Shown here: positions 18,395-28,308 of the stretch, one piece after another
Layout of the letters: every line of letters starts with the position of its first letter
Position numbering within the stretch: the stretch's first letter is position 1
Assembly (NCBI GenBank): GCA_943787725.1
Contig: CALSNM010000004.1
Span: 19,070-83,069 of the forward strand
Source of the DNA: an uncultured Flavobacteriales bacterium
Lineage (GTDB): Bacteria > Bacteroidota > Bacteroidia > Flavobacteriales_D > Parvicellaceae
Length of the DNA: 64,000 nt
Direction: 5' to 3'
Notes under the pieces: generated by a model
Database searches by the model: none
Told to the model about the DNA's origin: nothing
What the model saw: only the letters and a program-made list of their open reading frames with translations
Made by a program: the position numbers and the translations under genes

Positions 18395-19276
18395 GTGCAT
18401 CAAAACATCTACTTCATAAAAGATCTTGAAAACCTTACCGGTATAAAGGCTCACACAATTCGTATTTGGGAACTTCGTCACAAACTGCTCAATCCGATTA
18501 GAACAGCCACTAATATCAGACAGTACTCTGAAAATGATTTAAAAAAGATACTAAACATAAACCTACTGTATAGTGATGGAGTTAAAATTTCCAAAATCGC
18601 GAGATTATCAGATACTGATATAATCGAGAAAGCGACCGAGTTAGTTGAATCCAGGTCCGCAGATTCTCCCTTGGATGTCAAAAATTTAATTGACGCAATA
18701 CTCGAAATGAATTCCGACAAAATGTATAATATATTAGATGATGTTTTTAAGGAGAAAGGCATCGTGAAGCTTTATCAGGAAGTAGTTGTTCCTGTTTTAG
18801 TGCAAATTGGAGAATTATGGCAGCTAAACACACTTAATATAGCTCATGAACACATATTTTCCAATGTTTTAAGAGAATTCATTATTGCTTTGTCCAACGG
18901 AGTAAACAAGCCCAGAATAGGAAAAAAAGTAATATTGTTTTTACCAGCCGATGAGCAGCACGAACTTCCGCTTCTGTTGTACCAATACTTGCTCCGAGAC
19001 AAAGGATGGGAATGCATTTATCTAGGACAAAAAGTGCCATTTGTAGATTTTGAAAAATCATATTACAAGTTCAACCCAGACATGGTAATTACCTCTATGA
19101 TAAAGAGTACATCTGAAAAACAATTTACTGATACTTTGGAAAAGTTTTTGAGTGCAGTGCCGCATGACAGACTTTGTCTAAGTGGATCTAATACAGTGAC
19201 CTACTTCAGCAAAATTCCAAAAACCGTATCTACCATACATTGTATAGATGATTTTGTTAAAATATTTACGACATAA
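18395..19276 (+). CDS. MerR-family regulator with C-terminal B12-binding domain (CarH/LitR-like candidate photoreceptor)
   Basis: N-terminal MerR HTH (IKDLENLTGIKAHTIRIWE). W142-x9-E152-H153 (WQLNTLNIAHEH, nt 18818..18853). Lower-ligand-type motif ADEQHELP followed by a Rossmann-like VILFLPA strand. GTG start. Confidence 0.7.
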   Translation: MHQNIYFIKDLENLTGIKAHTIRIWELRHKLLNPIRTATNIRQYSENDLKKILNINLLYSDGVKISKIARLSDTDIIEKATELVESRSADSPLDVKNLIDAILEMNSDKMYNILDDVFKEKGIVKLYQEVVVPVLVQIGELWQLNTLNIAHEHIFSNVLREFIIALSNGVNKPRIGKKVILFLPADEQHELPLLLYQYLLRDKGWECIYLGQKVPFVDFEKSYYKFNPDMVITSMIKSTSEKQFTDTLEKFLSAVPHDRLCLSGSNTVTYFSKIPKTVSTIHCIDDFVKIFTT

Positions 19277-19282
19277 ACTACC

Positions 19283-19879
19283 ATGAAAAATCTATTTCTA
19301 ATATTGGTTCTTTTACTCACGTTCACATTTGCTATTTCGCAATTAGTCATGAAAAATTACTCAACAAATATTTCTAACGAAAAATATACTGTCTTGAAGA
19401 GGTATGATAAATTTGAAATTAGAGAATATCCAGAAATGTTTGTGGCAAAAACAAAATTAAAAAGTAACAACTATGAAACCATCTCTAGTCAAGGCTTTAG
19501 ACGAATAGCAGGCTTTATTTTTGGGGATAACCAAAAAAATCAACAAATATCAATGACCTCTCCTGTAATCATGGATATGAATGAATCCGCAGAAATGTCA
19601 TTCATTATGCCAGAAGGAATTACACCTTCCAACGTTCCTGAACCCAACAGTTCAGATGTGATTCTAGAAATAAGACCTAAACAAACTGTTGCAGTGTTAT
19701 TCTTTGATGGTTGGGCGTCTTCTCAAAAACTTAAAAAGAAACATCAGGAATTGTCCGAGCTACTATCCAAGGAAAGCATTGAGCACGGTAAAGAATTTAC
19801 ATTTCTGGGCTATGACTCACCAATGCAGATGGTAGGTAGAAAAAATGAAATTTTAATTACTGTAGAGTACACAATATAA
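19283..19879 (+). CDS. SOUL / heme-binding protein family
   Basis: YTVLKRYDKFEIREYPEMFVAKT and GFRRIAGFIFGDNQ...ISMTSPV are typical of the SOUL/HEBP family. N-terminal signal/anchor present. Confidence 0.75.
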   Translation: MKNLFLILVLLLTFTFAISQLVMKNYSTNISNEKYTVLKRYDKFEIREYPEMFVAKTKLKSNNYETISSQGFRRIAGFIFGDNQKNQQISMTSPVIMDMNESAEMSFIMPEGITPSNVPEPNSSDVILEIRPKQTVAVLFFDGWASSQKLKKKHQELSELLSKESIEHGKEFTFLGYDSPMQMVGRKNEILITVEYTI

Positions 19880-19951
19880 ATTAGAATCATACTCTACACG
19901 ATTTATTAGAAAAAATAAACATGGTAGCAGCTACATAATAAAAAGAAAAGA

Positions 19952-20314
19952 TTACTCTTTTATTCTTAGTTTTTGATTTAAAACCTTTAGTATCTCTCCG
20001 GTTGCAACAACTTGAGAACCTTCTCTTAAAACAAATTCAGCACCTTCAGAAAGAGCTCCAACATAGGGATCTTTCCATATAATTCGCATTTCAGATTGGA
20101 TTGTATCTCCTGGGTTAACCCTATCTTTCCCAATGAATTTTTGATCTGCAGAAGTTAAATCAAAACCATCTTTCAATTTAAAAAGTGGCCGATATATTTC
20201 ATCCGTTATTTCACTTCTCCCACCCTCTTCCGTAGTAAGAAAATACAGTTTTCCGATAAAATCTGTATCTACACTGTATATCTTCTCTGCTGTTTTAAAC
20301 TTAATATCACTCAT
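19952..20314 (-). CDS. Stand-alone EF-Tu domain III-like protein (120 aa)
   Basis: By eye it aligns with EF-Tu domain 3: F.GKLYFLTTEEGGR, YRPLF, V.PGD, F.LREGSQVVATGEILKVL. Compare E. coli FESEVYILSKDEGGRHT..GYRPQF...MPGD...FAIREGGRTVGAGVVAKVL. Confidence 0.6.
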   Translation of the reverse strand: MSDIKFKTAEKIYSVDTDFIGKLYFLTTEEGGRSEITDEIYRPLFKLKDGFDLTSADQKFIGKDRVNPGDTIQSEMRIIWKDPYVGALSEGAEFVLREGSQVVATGEILKVLNQKLRIKE

Positions 20315-20348
20315 ACTTTACAAATATACTAAAAGACTTTTCCCTACC

Positions 20349-20975
20349 TTGAGCACGATGAATTTAGAAGAGGAAAAAATAGAGACATTTTGGCAATGGT
20401 TTGTACAAAATGACCCACGTATAAAAAAATGCATTGAAGATTCAAATGCCCCGGATAGGGAGTATATTATCCAAAGCCTAAACAATCACATTCTCAATAT
20501 TGCAACCGTAACTTGGGATATTGGAATGGATGCCAACGATGAATGGTTTTTTATGGTTTCTCCAAATGGCGTTGAAGAGTTACTTCCTATTTGTGAAAGA
20601 ATTATGAAAGAAGCTCCTTTGTTTCTAGATTGGAAATACTATGCGAGCAAACCTGCATTAGACTGGGACAGAACTTTTAACCTGTATGATCAAGAAATGG
20701 AAGTTATTGATATTGATGCTTCGAATTGGAATTACATTCTCTTTTATAACGACGATGAACAACTTGAGATTATTCTTGAGGCTTCAAACTTAGAAGGGAT
20801 AGATGAAGACACCATGAATTCTGCTGCGACGGTATTTTTGAATAACGAAATTGGCGAAAAAGAGATTATTGAATTGGTTAAGGAATATACTATTGTTACC
20901 CAATTAGAAGAGGAAGATGCTCAAGATAAATTTTCGGTTTCAGATTTAAAAGCGCATTTATTTACAGAGGAATAG
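20349..20975 (+). CDS. Hypothetical acidic protein
   Basis: 208-aa ORF (TTG start in the track; first ATG at 20358). No motif recognised. Confidence 0.4.
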   Translation: MSTMNLEEEKIETFWQWFVQNDPRIKKCIEDSNAPDREYIIQSLNNHILNIATVTWDIGMDANDEWFFMVSPNGVEELLPICERIMKEAPLFLDWKYYASKPALDWDRTFNLYDQEMEVIDIDASNWNYILFYNDDEQLEIILEASNLEGIDEDTMNSAATVFLNNEIGEKEIIELVKEYTIVTQLEEEDAQDKFSVSDLKAHLFTEE

Positions 20976-21044
20976 TTAGCACTTCCTGTATAATGGTGTT
21001 TTAAACAACTATAATAAGAGTTCTACTTCCATAGATTTGAAAGC

Positions 21045-21077
21045 AAAAAAAAGCCTTTCAGACGAAAGGCTTTTTTT
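21045..21077. terminator. Bidirectional hairpin terminator between convergent genes
   Basis: A-run, then gcctttc-agac-gaaaggc, then a T7 run. It sits between the stop at 20975 (+) and the rocD stop at 21096 (-). Confidence 0.7.
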
Positions 21078-21095
21078 AATTAATTTGGATTTAGT

Positions 21096-22379
21096 TTATT
21101 TTGAAAACTCCATCAAAGTCTTTTCAATTATTGCAACACAATCCATCAATTGCTCTTTAGTCATTACTAACGGTGGAGCAAAACGAATAATATTACCATG
21201 TGTTGGTTTCGCTAGTAAGCCATTCTCTTTTAATGCCATACAAATATCCCAAGCCGTGGAGCTATCTTCTGTATCGTTAATCAAAATTGCATTTAACAAA
21301 CCTTTTCCACGGACAGCATTCACCAAGTCAGTTCCTGCTATAATTCTATTCATTTCAGCTCTAAATAATTTTCCCAGAACTCTTGCGTTTTGAGCAAGGT
21401 TTTCATCGTTTACAACTTCTAATGCAGCTACAGCAACTTTCGCAGCTAGCGGATTACCTCCAAATGTAGAACCATGCTGACCCGGTTTAATCACATTCAT
21501 TATATCATCATTCGCCAAAACTGCAGAAACTGGATATACACCGCCAGACACAGCTTTTCCTAAAATAAGAATATCAGGCGTACTATAAGTCTCTTGTTTC
21601 TCACAAGCATTTTGGCAAGTACAATCGCCACAAACTGCTAAAAGACTTCCTGTTCTAGCAATCCCTGTTTGGACTTCATCCGCAACAAACAAAACATTTT
21701 GAGCATTACAAAGTGCTTGGGCTTTTGATAGGTAATCTTCGTCTGGCACAAAAACTCCCGCCTCACCTTGAATGGGTTCTACTAAAAACCCTGCAACGTT
21801 CTCTTCTTTTAAGGCGGCCTCTAAAGCATCTATATCGTTATATGGTATCTTTATGAATCCTGGCGTAAATGGGCCAAAATTCTTCCGTGCAACTTCATCG
21901 TTTGAAAAAGAAACAATAGTGGTCGTTCTTCCGTGAAAGTTATTTTCACAAACAATTATTTTTCCTTCATTTTCATCAATTCCTTTTACTTCATACGCCC
22001 ATTTTCTACATAACTTAATAGCAGTTTCAACTGCTTCAGCACCAGTGTTCATTGGCAGTACTTTATCAAAACCGAAAAACTCAGTGATAAACTTTTCATA
22101 TGGACCCAAAGTATCATTGAAAAACGCCCTTGAAGTAAGTGTTAGCGTTGAAGCTTGTTCTATCAATGCATTAACAATTTTTGGATGACAGTGACCTTGA
22201 TTTACTGCCGAATAAGCAGATAAGAAATCAAAATATTTTTTTCCTTCACAATCCCATAAATAAACACCTTCTCCTTTTGCCAATACAACCGGCAAAGGAT
22301 GATAATTATGCGCTCCATACTTGTTTTCTAATTCCATCGACTCCTGCGACGACAATGCTGAACTAACCATAGTTTCCAT
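21096..22379 (-). CDS. rocD: Ornithine aminotransferase
   Basis: [45 protein letters not shown] and ILGKAVSGG are typical of OAT. It carries a Cys-rich insertion, described in the findings. Confidence 0.85.
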   Translation of the reverse strand: METMVSSALSSQESMELENKYGAHNYHPLPVVLAKGEGVYLWDCEGKKYFDFLSAYSAVNQGHCHPKIVNALIEQASTLTLTSRAFFNDTLGPYEKFITEFFGFDKVLPMNTGAEAVETAIKLCRKWAYEVKGIDENEGKIIVCENNFHGRTTTIVSFSNDEVARKNFGPFTPGFIKIPYNDIDALEAALKEENVAGFLVEPIQGEAGVFVPDEDYLSKAQALCNAQNVLFVADEVQTGIARTGSLLAVCGDCTCQNACEKQETYSTPDILILGKAVSGGVYPVSAVLANDDIMNVIKPGQHGSTFGGNPLAAKVAVAALEVVNDENLAQNARVLGKLFRAEMNRIIAGTDLVNAVRGKGLLNAILINDTEDSSTAWDICMALKENGLLAKPTHGNIIRFAPPLVMTKEQLMDCVAIIEKTLMEFSK

Positions 22380-22416
22380 AAATTTAAATATTAAATAAGT
22401 AATTTCTTACTCATTA

Positions 22417-22461
22417 CGGAGAGTACTCATCCTTTCCTCTTTCCGGAGAGAAATCATCCTT
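22417..22461. promoter_or_regulatory. Two 18-nt direct repeats (cggagagNNNtcatcctt, 27-nt period) in the rocD upstream region
   Basis: 22417..22434 and 22444..22461 match at 15 of 18 positions. They lie 38-82 nt upstream of the rocD start at 22379. Confidence 0.3.
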
Positions 22462-22515
22462 GTCGCAAAACTAATAAATCAGATAGAATTAACAAAAGTA
22501 AAAGATACAATAAAA

Positions 22516-23697
22516 TCAGTTGCTGTTCCGGGAATAAACAGCTAGTGGCTTCTCTCTTAAATTGTAATTACTTGCCATTACCTCCCCATACGCCCCTGCG
22601 CATCTAATTGCAATAATATCTCCTCTAGCAGTAGCAGGTAAATTAATTTCGGCACCAAAACAATCAGAAGATTCGCAAATAGGACCAACAACGTCATAAA
22701 AAGTGTTAGACGAATTTGCGTGTTTTGATACATTTTCAATTTTATGCTTAGAATTGTACAATGCCGGTCTTATTAGCTCTGTCATACCTGCGTCTAATAT
22801 TGCAAAACTTTTGCTTGCTCCTTCTTTAATGTATAGTACTTTAGAAATAAGATTACCAATAACACCTACAATGGACCTACCTAATTCGAAATGTAATTCC
22901 TGACCGTTTCTTAACTTTAAATACGTATTAAAAATTGAAAAAAAACTTTCGAAGTCAGCAACCGGATTGACATCTGGATTATCATAATCAATGCCTAAGC
23001 CCCCCCCAACATTAATATGTCTGAGTCCCATACTTTGCTTGTCAAACCAATTTTGAATTTCATTTACACGCAAACATAAATCCCTATAAGCTATCAAATC
23101 TGTAACCTGACTCCCAATATGAAAATGTAACCCGATTAAGTTAATATTCTTACATGATTCAATTAACTTGACGACAGCAGCGATTTCAGTTACAAGTATT
23201 CCAAACTTATTCTCGGTTCTGCCTGTAGTAATATATTTATGCGTGTTGGCATCAACATTAGGGTTTATTCTCAAAGCAATATCAGCTATCTTTTTCTCTC
23301 TGCTTGCTATCTCATTTATTACCTCTATCTCTTGGACAGATTCACAATTGAAACAAAAAATATCATTACCTAAACCTACTTCTATCTCTTTATCTGTTTT
23401 CCCAACTCCCGCAAAAGCAATTTGACCTGGACAAAATCCATGAGCAACAGCTTTGTTAATTTCATTCCCACTAACACAATCAGCACCAAATCCATAACTG
23501 GATATTAAATCCAATACTCTTCCATTCGTATTTGCCTTCAATGCATAGTGAACATTGTACTTATATTTATCTGCAGCATCCTTTAACTTATTTAAAGTAC
23601 TATCTAATAATTCCATATCATAATAATAGAAAGGAGTAGTATTCTCCTCGGCAGATTTCATTAAGTCTTTAACATTCATTTTATTTATTTTAAACAA
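22516..23697 (-). CDS. lysA: Diaminopimelate decarboxylase (group IV PLP decarboxylase)
   Basis: Motifs YALKANTN, HFHIGSQ, GGGLGIDY and CESSD. 393 aa. Confidence 0.8.
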   Translation of the reverse strand: MFKINKMNVKDLMKSAEENTTPFYYYDMELLDSTLNKLKDAADKYKYNVHYALKANTNGRVLDLISSYGFGADCVSGNEINKAVAHGFCPGQIAFAGVGKTDKEIEVGLGNDIFCFNCESVQEIEVINEIASREKKIADIALRINPNVDANTHKYITTGRTENKFGILVTEIAAVVKLIESCKNINLIGLHFHIGSQVTDLIAYRDLCLRVNEIQNWFDKQSMGLRHINVGGGLGIDYDNPDVNPVADFESFFSIFNTYLKLRNGQELHFELGRSIVGVIGNLISKVLYIKEGASKSFAILDAGMTELIRPALYNSKHKIENVSKHANSSNTFYDVVGPICESSDCFGAEINLPATARGDIIAIRCAGAYGEVMASNYNLREKPLAVYSRNSN

Positions 23698-23785
23698 TTA
23701 GATCGCAAATGTATTTTTTTATTCGTTTATTGTTCTAAAATTCATATGTTTGTTCGTATTTTAAACATTTTGTTAAATTTTAAAC

Positions 23786-24445
23786 ATGAGGTCCATATCT
23801 AAAACGGTTGAAAAAATAATTGTTACTTCTCCATTTCTGGAGGAAGCACTGGCAGAGAAACTAATAAATGTATCCTCTCTGGCTCGAAAAATAAGACAGG
23901 AGGTTGAAGACGCAATGGGCGAATCCATAAAAGAAGGTGCCATTGTAATGGCTATTAATCGTTTAGAACCAAGTTACTATTACAAAATAAATATTGGCAT
24001 TAAAGATTTTGTCAACAATATTGGAGATATCATTGTCCGCTCAAGCTTGAGAGCTTATACTTATGAAAATTCAAATACACTTATTGGAAGTCAGAAGTCA
24101 TTACTAGACGAGGCTAGCAAAAACAAAAAGCACTTTCATACAATTTCGCAAGGAATTTATGAAACGACCATTATAATAAGTAACTCTTTAAAAGAGCCAA
24201 TAGAGGAAGAATTTAAAGAAGAACATTTAATTACGTCAAAAAGTGACTTATCTTCTATTACTGTTAAACTTCCAATGAAAAATACGGAAGTATCTGGATT
24301 GTACTATTACATCTTCAAAAAGTTAGCTTGGGCCGGAATTAATATTGTCGAAATAATTTCCACATCAAATGAGTTTACGCTGGTTGTTATTGATGATGAT
24401 ATTGATAAAGCATTCTCAATATTAATGGGATTAAAGAAAGACTAA
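23786..24445 (+). CDS. Hypothetical protein with C-terminal ACT-like domain
   Basis: The C-terminal GINIVEIISTSNEFTLVVIDDDIDKAFSIL resembles an ACT fold. This is weak, by-eye evidence only. Confidence 0.35.
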   Translation: MRSISKTVEKIIVTSPFLEEALAEKLINVSSLARKIRQEVEDAMGESIKEGAIVMAINRLEPSYYYKINIGIKDFVNNIGDIIVRSSLRAYTYENSNTLIGSQKSLLDEASKNKKHFHTISQGIYETTIIISNSLKEPIEEEFKEEHLITSKSDLSSITVKLPMKNTEVSGLYYYIFKKLAWAGINIVEIISTSNEFTLVVIDDDIDKAFSILMGLKKD

Positions 24446-24521
24446 TTTTTTATTTACAATAAATTAACAAATTGTGCTTTATAACTTAGGATAAGGCAAC
24501 GCTTCTCATCGGTATTTTAAT

Positions 24522-24529
24522 TAGTTTTG
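24522..24529 (+). promoter_or_regulatory. Candidate -7 box TAGTTTTG
   Basis: TAnnTTTG match 23 nt upstream of the gldF ATG at 24553. Confidence 0.3.
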
Positions 24530-24552
24530 TAACCTAACTTCTTATAGGTTGT

Positions 24553-25283
24553 ATGTACGCATTATTTTTAAAAGAAATCCGAAGCTTTTTAAATTCATTA
24601 ATTGGGTATATTACCATGGCTGTATTCCTTATAGCGACTGGAATATTTATGTGGGTTTTTGCGTGGACCAAGCAATGTTTTAAACTTTGGCGAAGCTTCT
24701 CTACAATCCCTTTTTATTAATGCTCCAAACATTTTTTTATTTTTGATTCCTGCCATTACTATGCGTTCTTTTGCTGAAGAAAAAAGAACAGGAACCATAG
24801 AGAATTTTGATGACAAAACCTTTGAGTGACTTTCAAATTATTCTAGCTAAATATTTTGCAGGAGTAACTCTTGTACTGCTCAGCCTTTTACCTACATTAA
24901 TCTTTTATTATTCAGTTGTAGAACTTGGAGATACTGTTGGCAACATTGACCATGCAAGTACATGGGGTGCTTATATTGGGCTATTTTTATTGGGATCTGT
25001 ATTTGTGGCAATAGGAGTTTTTGCTTCCTCTATTACGAGTAATCAAGTAATCGCATTTATGATTGCACTACTTTTTTGCTTTACGTTGTACATTGGATTT
25101 CAATTTTTAGCTGGGCTGTTTGCTGCTCCTTTCGATTTAATCTTTATGAATTTAGGCATACACGAACATTATGTAAGTGTGCAACGTGGAGTTATCGATA
25201 GTAGAGATATCATTTATTATGTCAGTGCTATCTCACTATTCTTGTTATTAACTAAATTAGCTTTGCAAACTAGAAAGTGGTAA
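24553..25283 (+). pseudogene. gldF: Gliding-motility ABC transporter permease GldF, two apparent frame changes in the first third
   Basis: Frame 1 from ATG 24553: MYALFLKEIRSFLNSLIGYITMAVFLIATGIFMWVF. Frame 2: NVLNFGEASLQSLFINAPNIFLFLIPAITMRSFAEEKRTGTIE. Frame 3 is track ORF 24807..25283 (LMTKPLSDFQIILAKY...). The joins are at about 24660 and 24800. Confidence 0.8.
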
Positions 25284-25287
25284 AATT

Positions 25288-27184
25288 ATGAAGAGAAACT
25301 CTCCTAAATTCCGACACATTCTAGAGGTGTTAATTGCTATTGCTCTCATCATAGTTATTAACATAATTGGAAATGTAAAGTTTGCTAGATTAGACCTTAC
25401 AGAAGATAAGCTGCATACACTTTCCCCAAAAACTATTGATTTCTTGGAAAACGAAATTGATCAGGTCATTAATATTGAAATATACTTGGATGGAGAGTTT
25501 CCTGCATTTATCCAAAAATTAAAAAATACTATAAAAGAGAAAATTGAGGAGTTTCAAGCTTATGCGGGTAAAAAAGTAAAGTTTAGATTCATCAACCCAA
25601 ATGAAGACAAAGAATTAGCAAACGAGCTAAAACAACAATTAGCAGAATTAGGTCTATACCCCAGCTTTATACTGTCAAAAGAAGAAGGCAGTGAAGAGTT
25701 TACCGAGATATGGGCTGGAGCAAAAATTCTGTACGGAGAAAAACAACAAGCCATTCAATTCTTGCCAGGCGGTAACTTTCTTGTTTCTCCTGCCCATGTG
25801 AATGAATGCAATTAACCAATTAGAATACAATTTTGTGAAAGCTTTTTGGCAATTAACCAATCAAAGTAGAGATAACATTGCTTTTTTAAGAGGGCATGGA
25901 GAATTAACTAATGCTGAAGCCTGGTCCATACAATATGAATTAAAACAGTTCTACAATGTGGATACGGTTCAAATAATTGATTCTGTTTATGTTGTCATAA
26001 ACCCAGCTGGTCAATTAAACTCTGAAGGAAAGGAGCTTTTTGAAAACAACTTCTTAACCAAAGAGGAATATATTGATATTGTCGATTCACTTCCGAGGGA
26101 GAATTCATATTTAGATGATAATGATGAGAATAAATTTATTGCTAAGATTGTAGGAAAGGAAAACCTAAAAGCTTTGGATGAGTTTCAGGCGCTCGTTATT
26201 GCAAAACCAACAAAGTCATTTAATGAGAAAGAAAAGTACATAATTGATCAATATGTAATGAAAGGAGGAAAAGTATTTTGGCTAATCGATAATTTAGATG
26301 TACCGGAGGACAGTTTAGCTACAACAGAAGTGGTGCATACCTTTCAATACGACTTAAACATTGACGATATGCTTTTTAAATACGGGGCTAGAGTCAATAA
26401 AAACTTGGTTGCAGATATTAACTCCGGACCTATAATGAATAAATATAGCTACAAAGTTCTTGATCATTGGTTTCTATACCCAACACTTACCAATCAAAAT
26501 ACTTCAGAGTTAACCCATAATGTTGCTCCAATAAAAATAAGGTATGGTAGCACCGTTGAAGCGGTTGGAAGCAAAGAAATTAAAAAAACTGTAATATTAG
26601 AAACCTCTAAAAACTATAAAGTACTGCCTGCAAGATTCAGAATTTCTTACGGATACAATCAACATGGCTATAGACCGATTGATTCATTGCGAACAGATTC
26701 AGACGCAACAAAACCTCTAGCTCTGCTGCTAGAAGGAGAGTTTACATCACATTACAAAGGAAGAATTACAGATAAATTCATAAATGACCCTGCAGCTAAT
26801 TACAGAGAAAAAAGTAAAGGGAATAAAATGGTTGTTATAGGCGATGGTGACTTAATTAGAAATGAACTAGGAATGAGTGAGAAAGGACAATTACTTCCAT
26901 ATGGTCTTCAATTCGAGCCACTCGTAAGAGACCAGAACAATCAAGTAGCAACTATGTATGGAAACGGAATCTTCTTTACGAACTTAATGGACAAAATGAT
27001 GGGGAATGAACATTTGATATCTCTCCGTTCCCGCATGAAAATAGTGCGTTTACTCAACAGAGAGGAGGTATCCATAAACAGAAAGAGTTGGCAGACCTTT
27101 AATTTAACGATTCCGGTTATACTTGTATTATTATTAGGGCTCTTGCAATGGTATATCCGTAGAAGGAAATTCGCCACAAAATAG
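25288..27184 (+). pseudogene. gldG: Gliding-motility ABC transporter accessory protein GldG, one apparent frame change near 25790
   Basis: Track ORFs 25288..25815 and 25802..27184 are contiguous parts of a GldG-like protein: N-terminal TM, LDLTEDKLHTLS, LEYNFVKAFWQLT...IAFLRGHGE, and a C-terminal TM. Confidence 0.75.
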
Positions 27185-27215
27185 CCTCTTACTTAGAATG
27201 TAGAATTAATATTTT

Positions 27216-28246
27216 ATGAAAAAATACGGTCTTATAATTTCACTTATTATTTTACTATCAGTTTTAGCTTGGTACATGTCTTTTTTAGAGGACAAGAAAG
27301 TGATGCTTCCTCAGAAACTTTTAGTGAATTTGCAATTGCAGATACCGCGTTGATAGAAACCTTTGTTATATCAGATACTGAAAATAACTCAATTACGATT
27401 ACGCGTAAAAAAGATGGAAAAACATGGATGATTGGTGATTCTGAATACAAAGCGCTACCAAGCAGTGTTGATTTAATTACTAACACATTTCAACGAATTA
27501 GGGTAAAACAGGATGTTCCGGAAATTGCAATTGAGAATATTCTAACCCTACTTGCTGTTAGACATAAAAAGGTAGAGATTTTTCTAAAAGGAGAGGAAAA
27601 ACCGCATAAAACTTGGTTTATTGGAAGTGCAACAAACGACCATACCGGAACATATATGTTACTTAAAATTGGCGACACAAAATCTGATGTTCCGTATATT
27701 ACCTATAAACAAGATATGGTTGGATCACTGGATGTTCGATTCCACACAACCTTTCAAGATTGGAGGTTTACGGGTGTATTTAATTATCCACCAAATTCTA
27801 TTAAAAAAATTGCTGTTAAGTTCAATCATCAAATTGAAGATTCATACACCATTGATGTCTTAGGAGAAAATACAGTTGCTCTTTATAATCATCAAATGCA
27901 ATCCATCCCTGTATTCGACTCAAGTCAAGTGAAACATTATTTATCGCATTATAAAAAAATTCATTACAACGACGTAAATAGGGAACTAACACAGGCTCAA
28001 GTTGATTCTGTTTTCGCTCTGGTTCCGCATTATGAAATTTCAGTAACTGATAAAAACGGTAAATTAAATGAGGTTCAGGTATGGAAAATGAAAAAGAAAG
28101 ATGCTAGCCCTGAAACAAATAATCAGATTGTGTGGAATCCAGAGAAAGCATGGTGTAGAATCAATGGAACCAATGAAATATTTAAAGTTCAATATTTCTC
28201 TTGGGATGTCTTACTAAAGCCTCTTGGTTATTACAGAAAAAAATAA
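27216..28246 (+). pseudogene. DUF4340-like protein following gldG, frame change in a T6 run near 27281
   Basis: ATG 27216 encodes the TM anchor MKKYGLIISLIILLSVLAWYMSF. After the run tctttttta the reading frame continues as track ORF 27269..28246. The position after gldFG is typical of DUF4340, stated from memory. Confidence 0.55.
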
Positions 28247-28308
28247 ACTGAGTAGAGTCATTTTTAATTCAACTGTTTATATTTATATTAGCTGCAAACC
28301 CAAAAGAC

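Noticed and set aside
19862-19897. 8-bp inverted repeat (gtagagta..tactctac) spanning the SOUL gene stop as a terminator
   Set aside because: The loop is 20 nt, there is no T tract and the stem is weak.
20315-20357. Very short (34-43 nt) divergent intergenic region as a special regulatory element
   Set aside because: No repeat or palindrome is seen. It is most simply explained by start-codon uncertainty of the 20349 ORF or by overlapping promoters. It is noted under the EF-Tu domain III finding instead.
23698-23785. Lysine riboswitch upstream of lysA
   Set aside because: The leader is only about 88 nt and AT-rich, with no recognisable L-box helices.
24598-24816. 72-aa minus-strand ORF
   Set aside because: It is antisense to the frame-shifted N-terminal part of gldF, and the sense strand gives a clear GldF translation across three frames.
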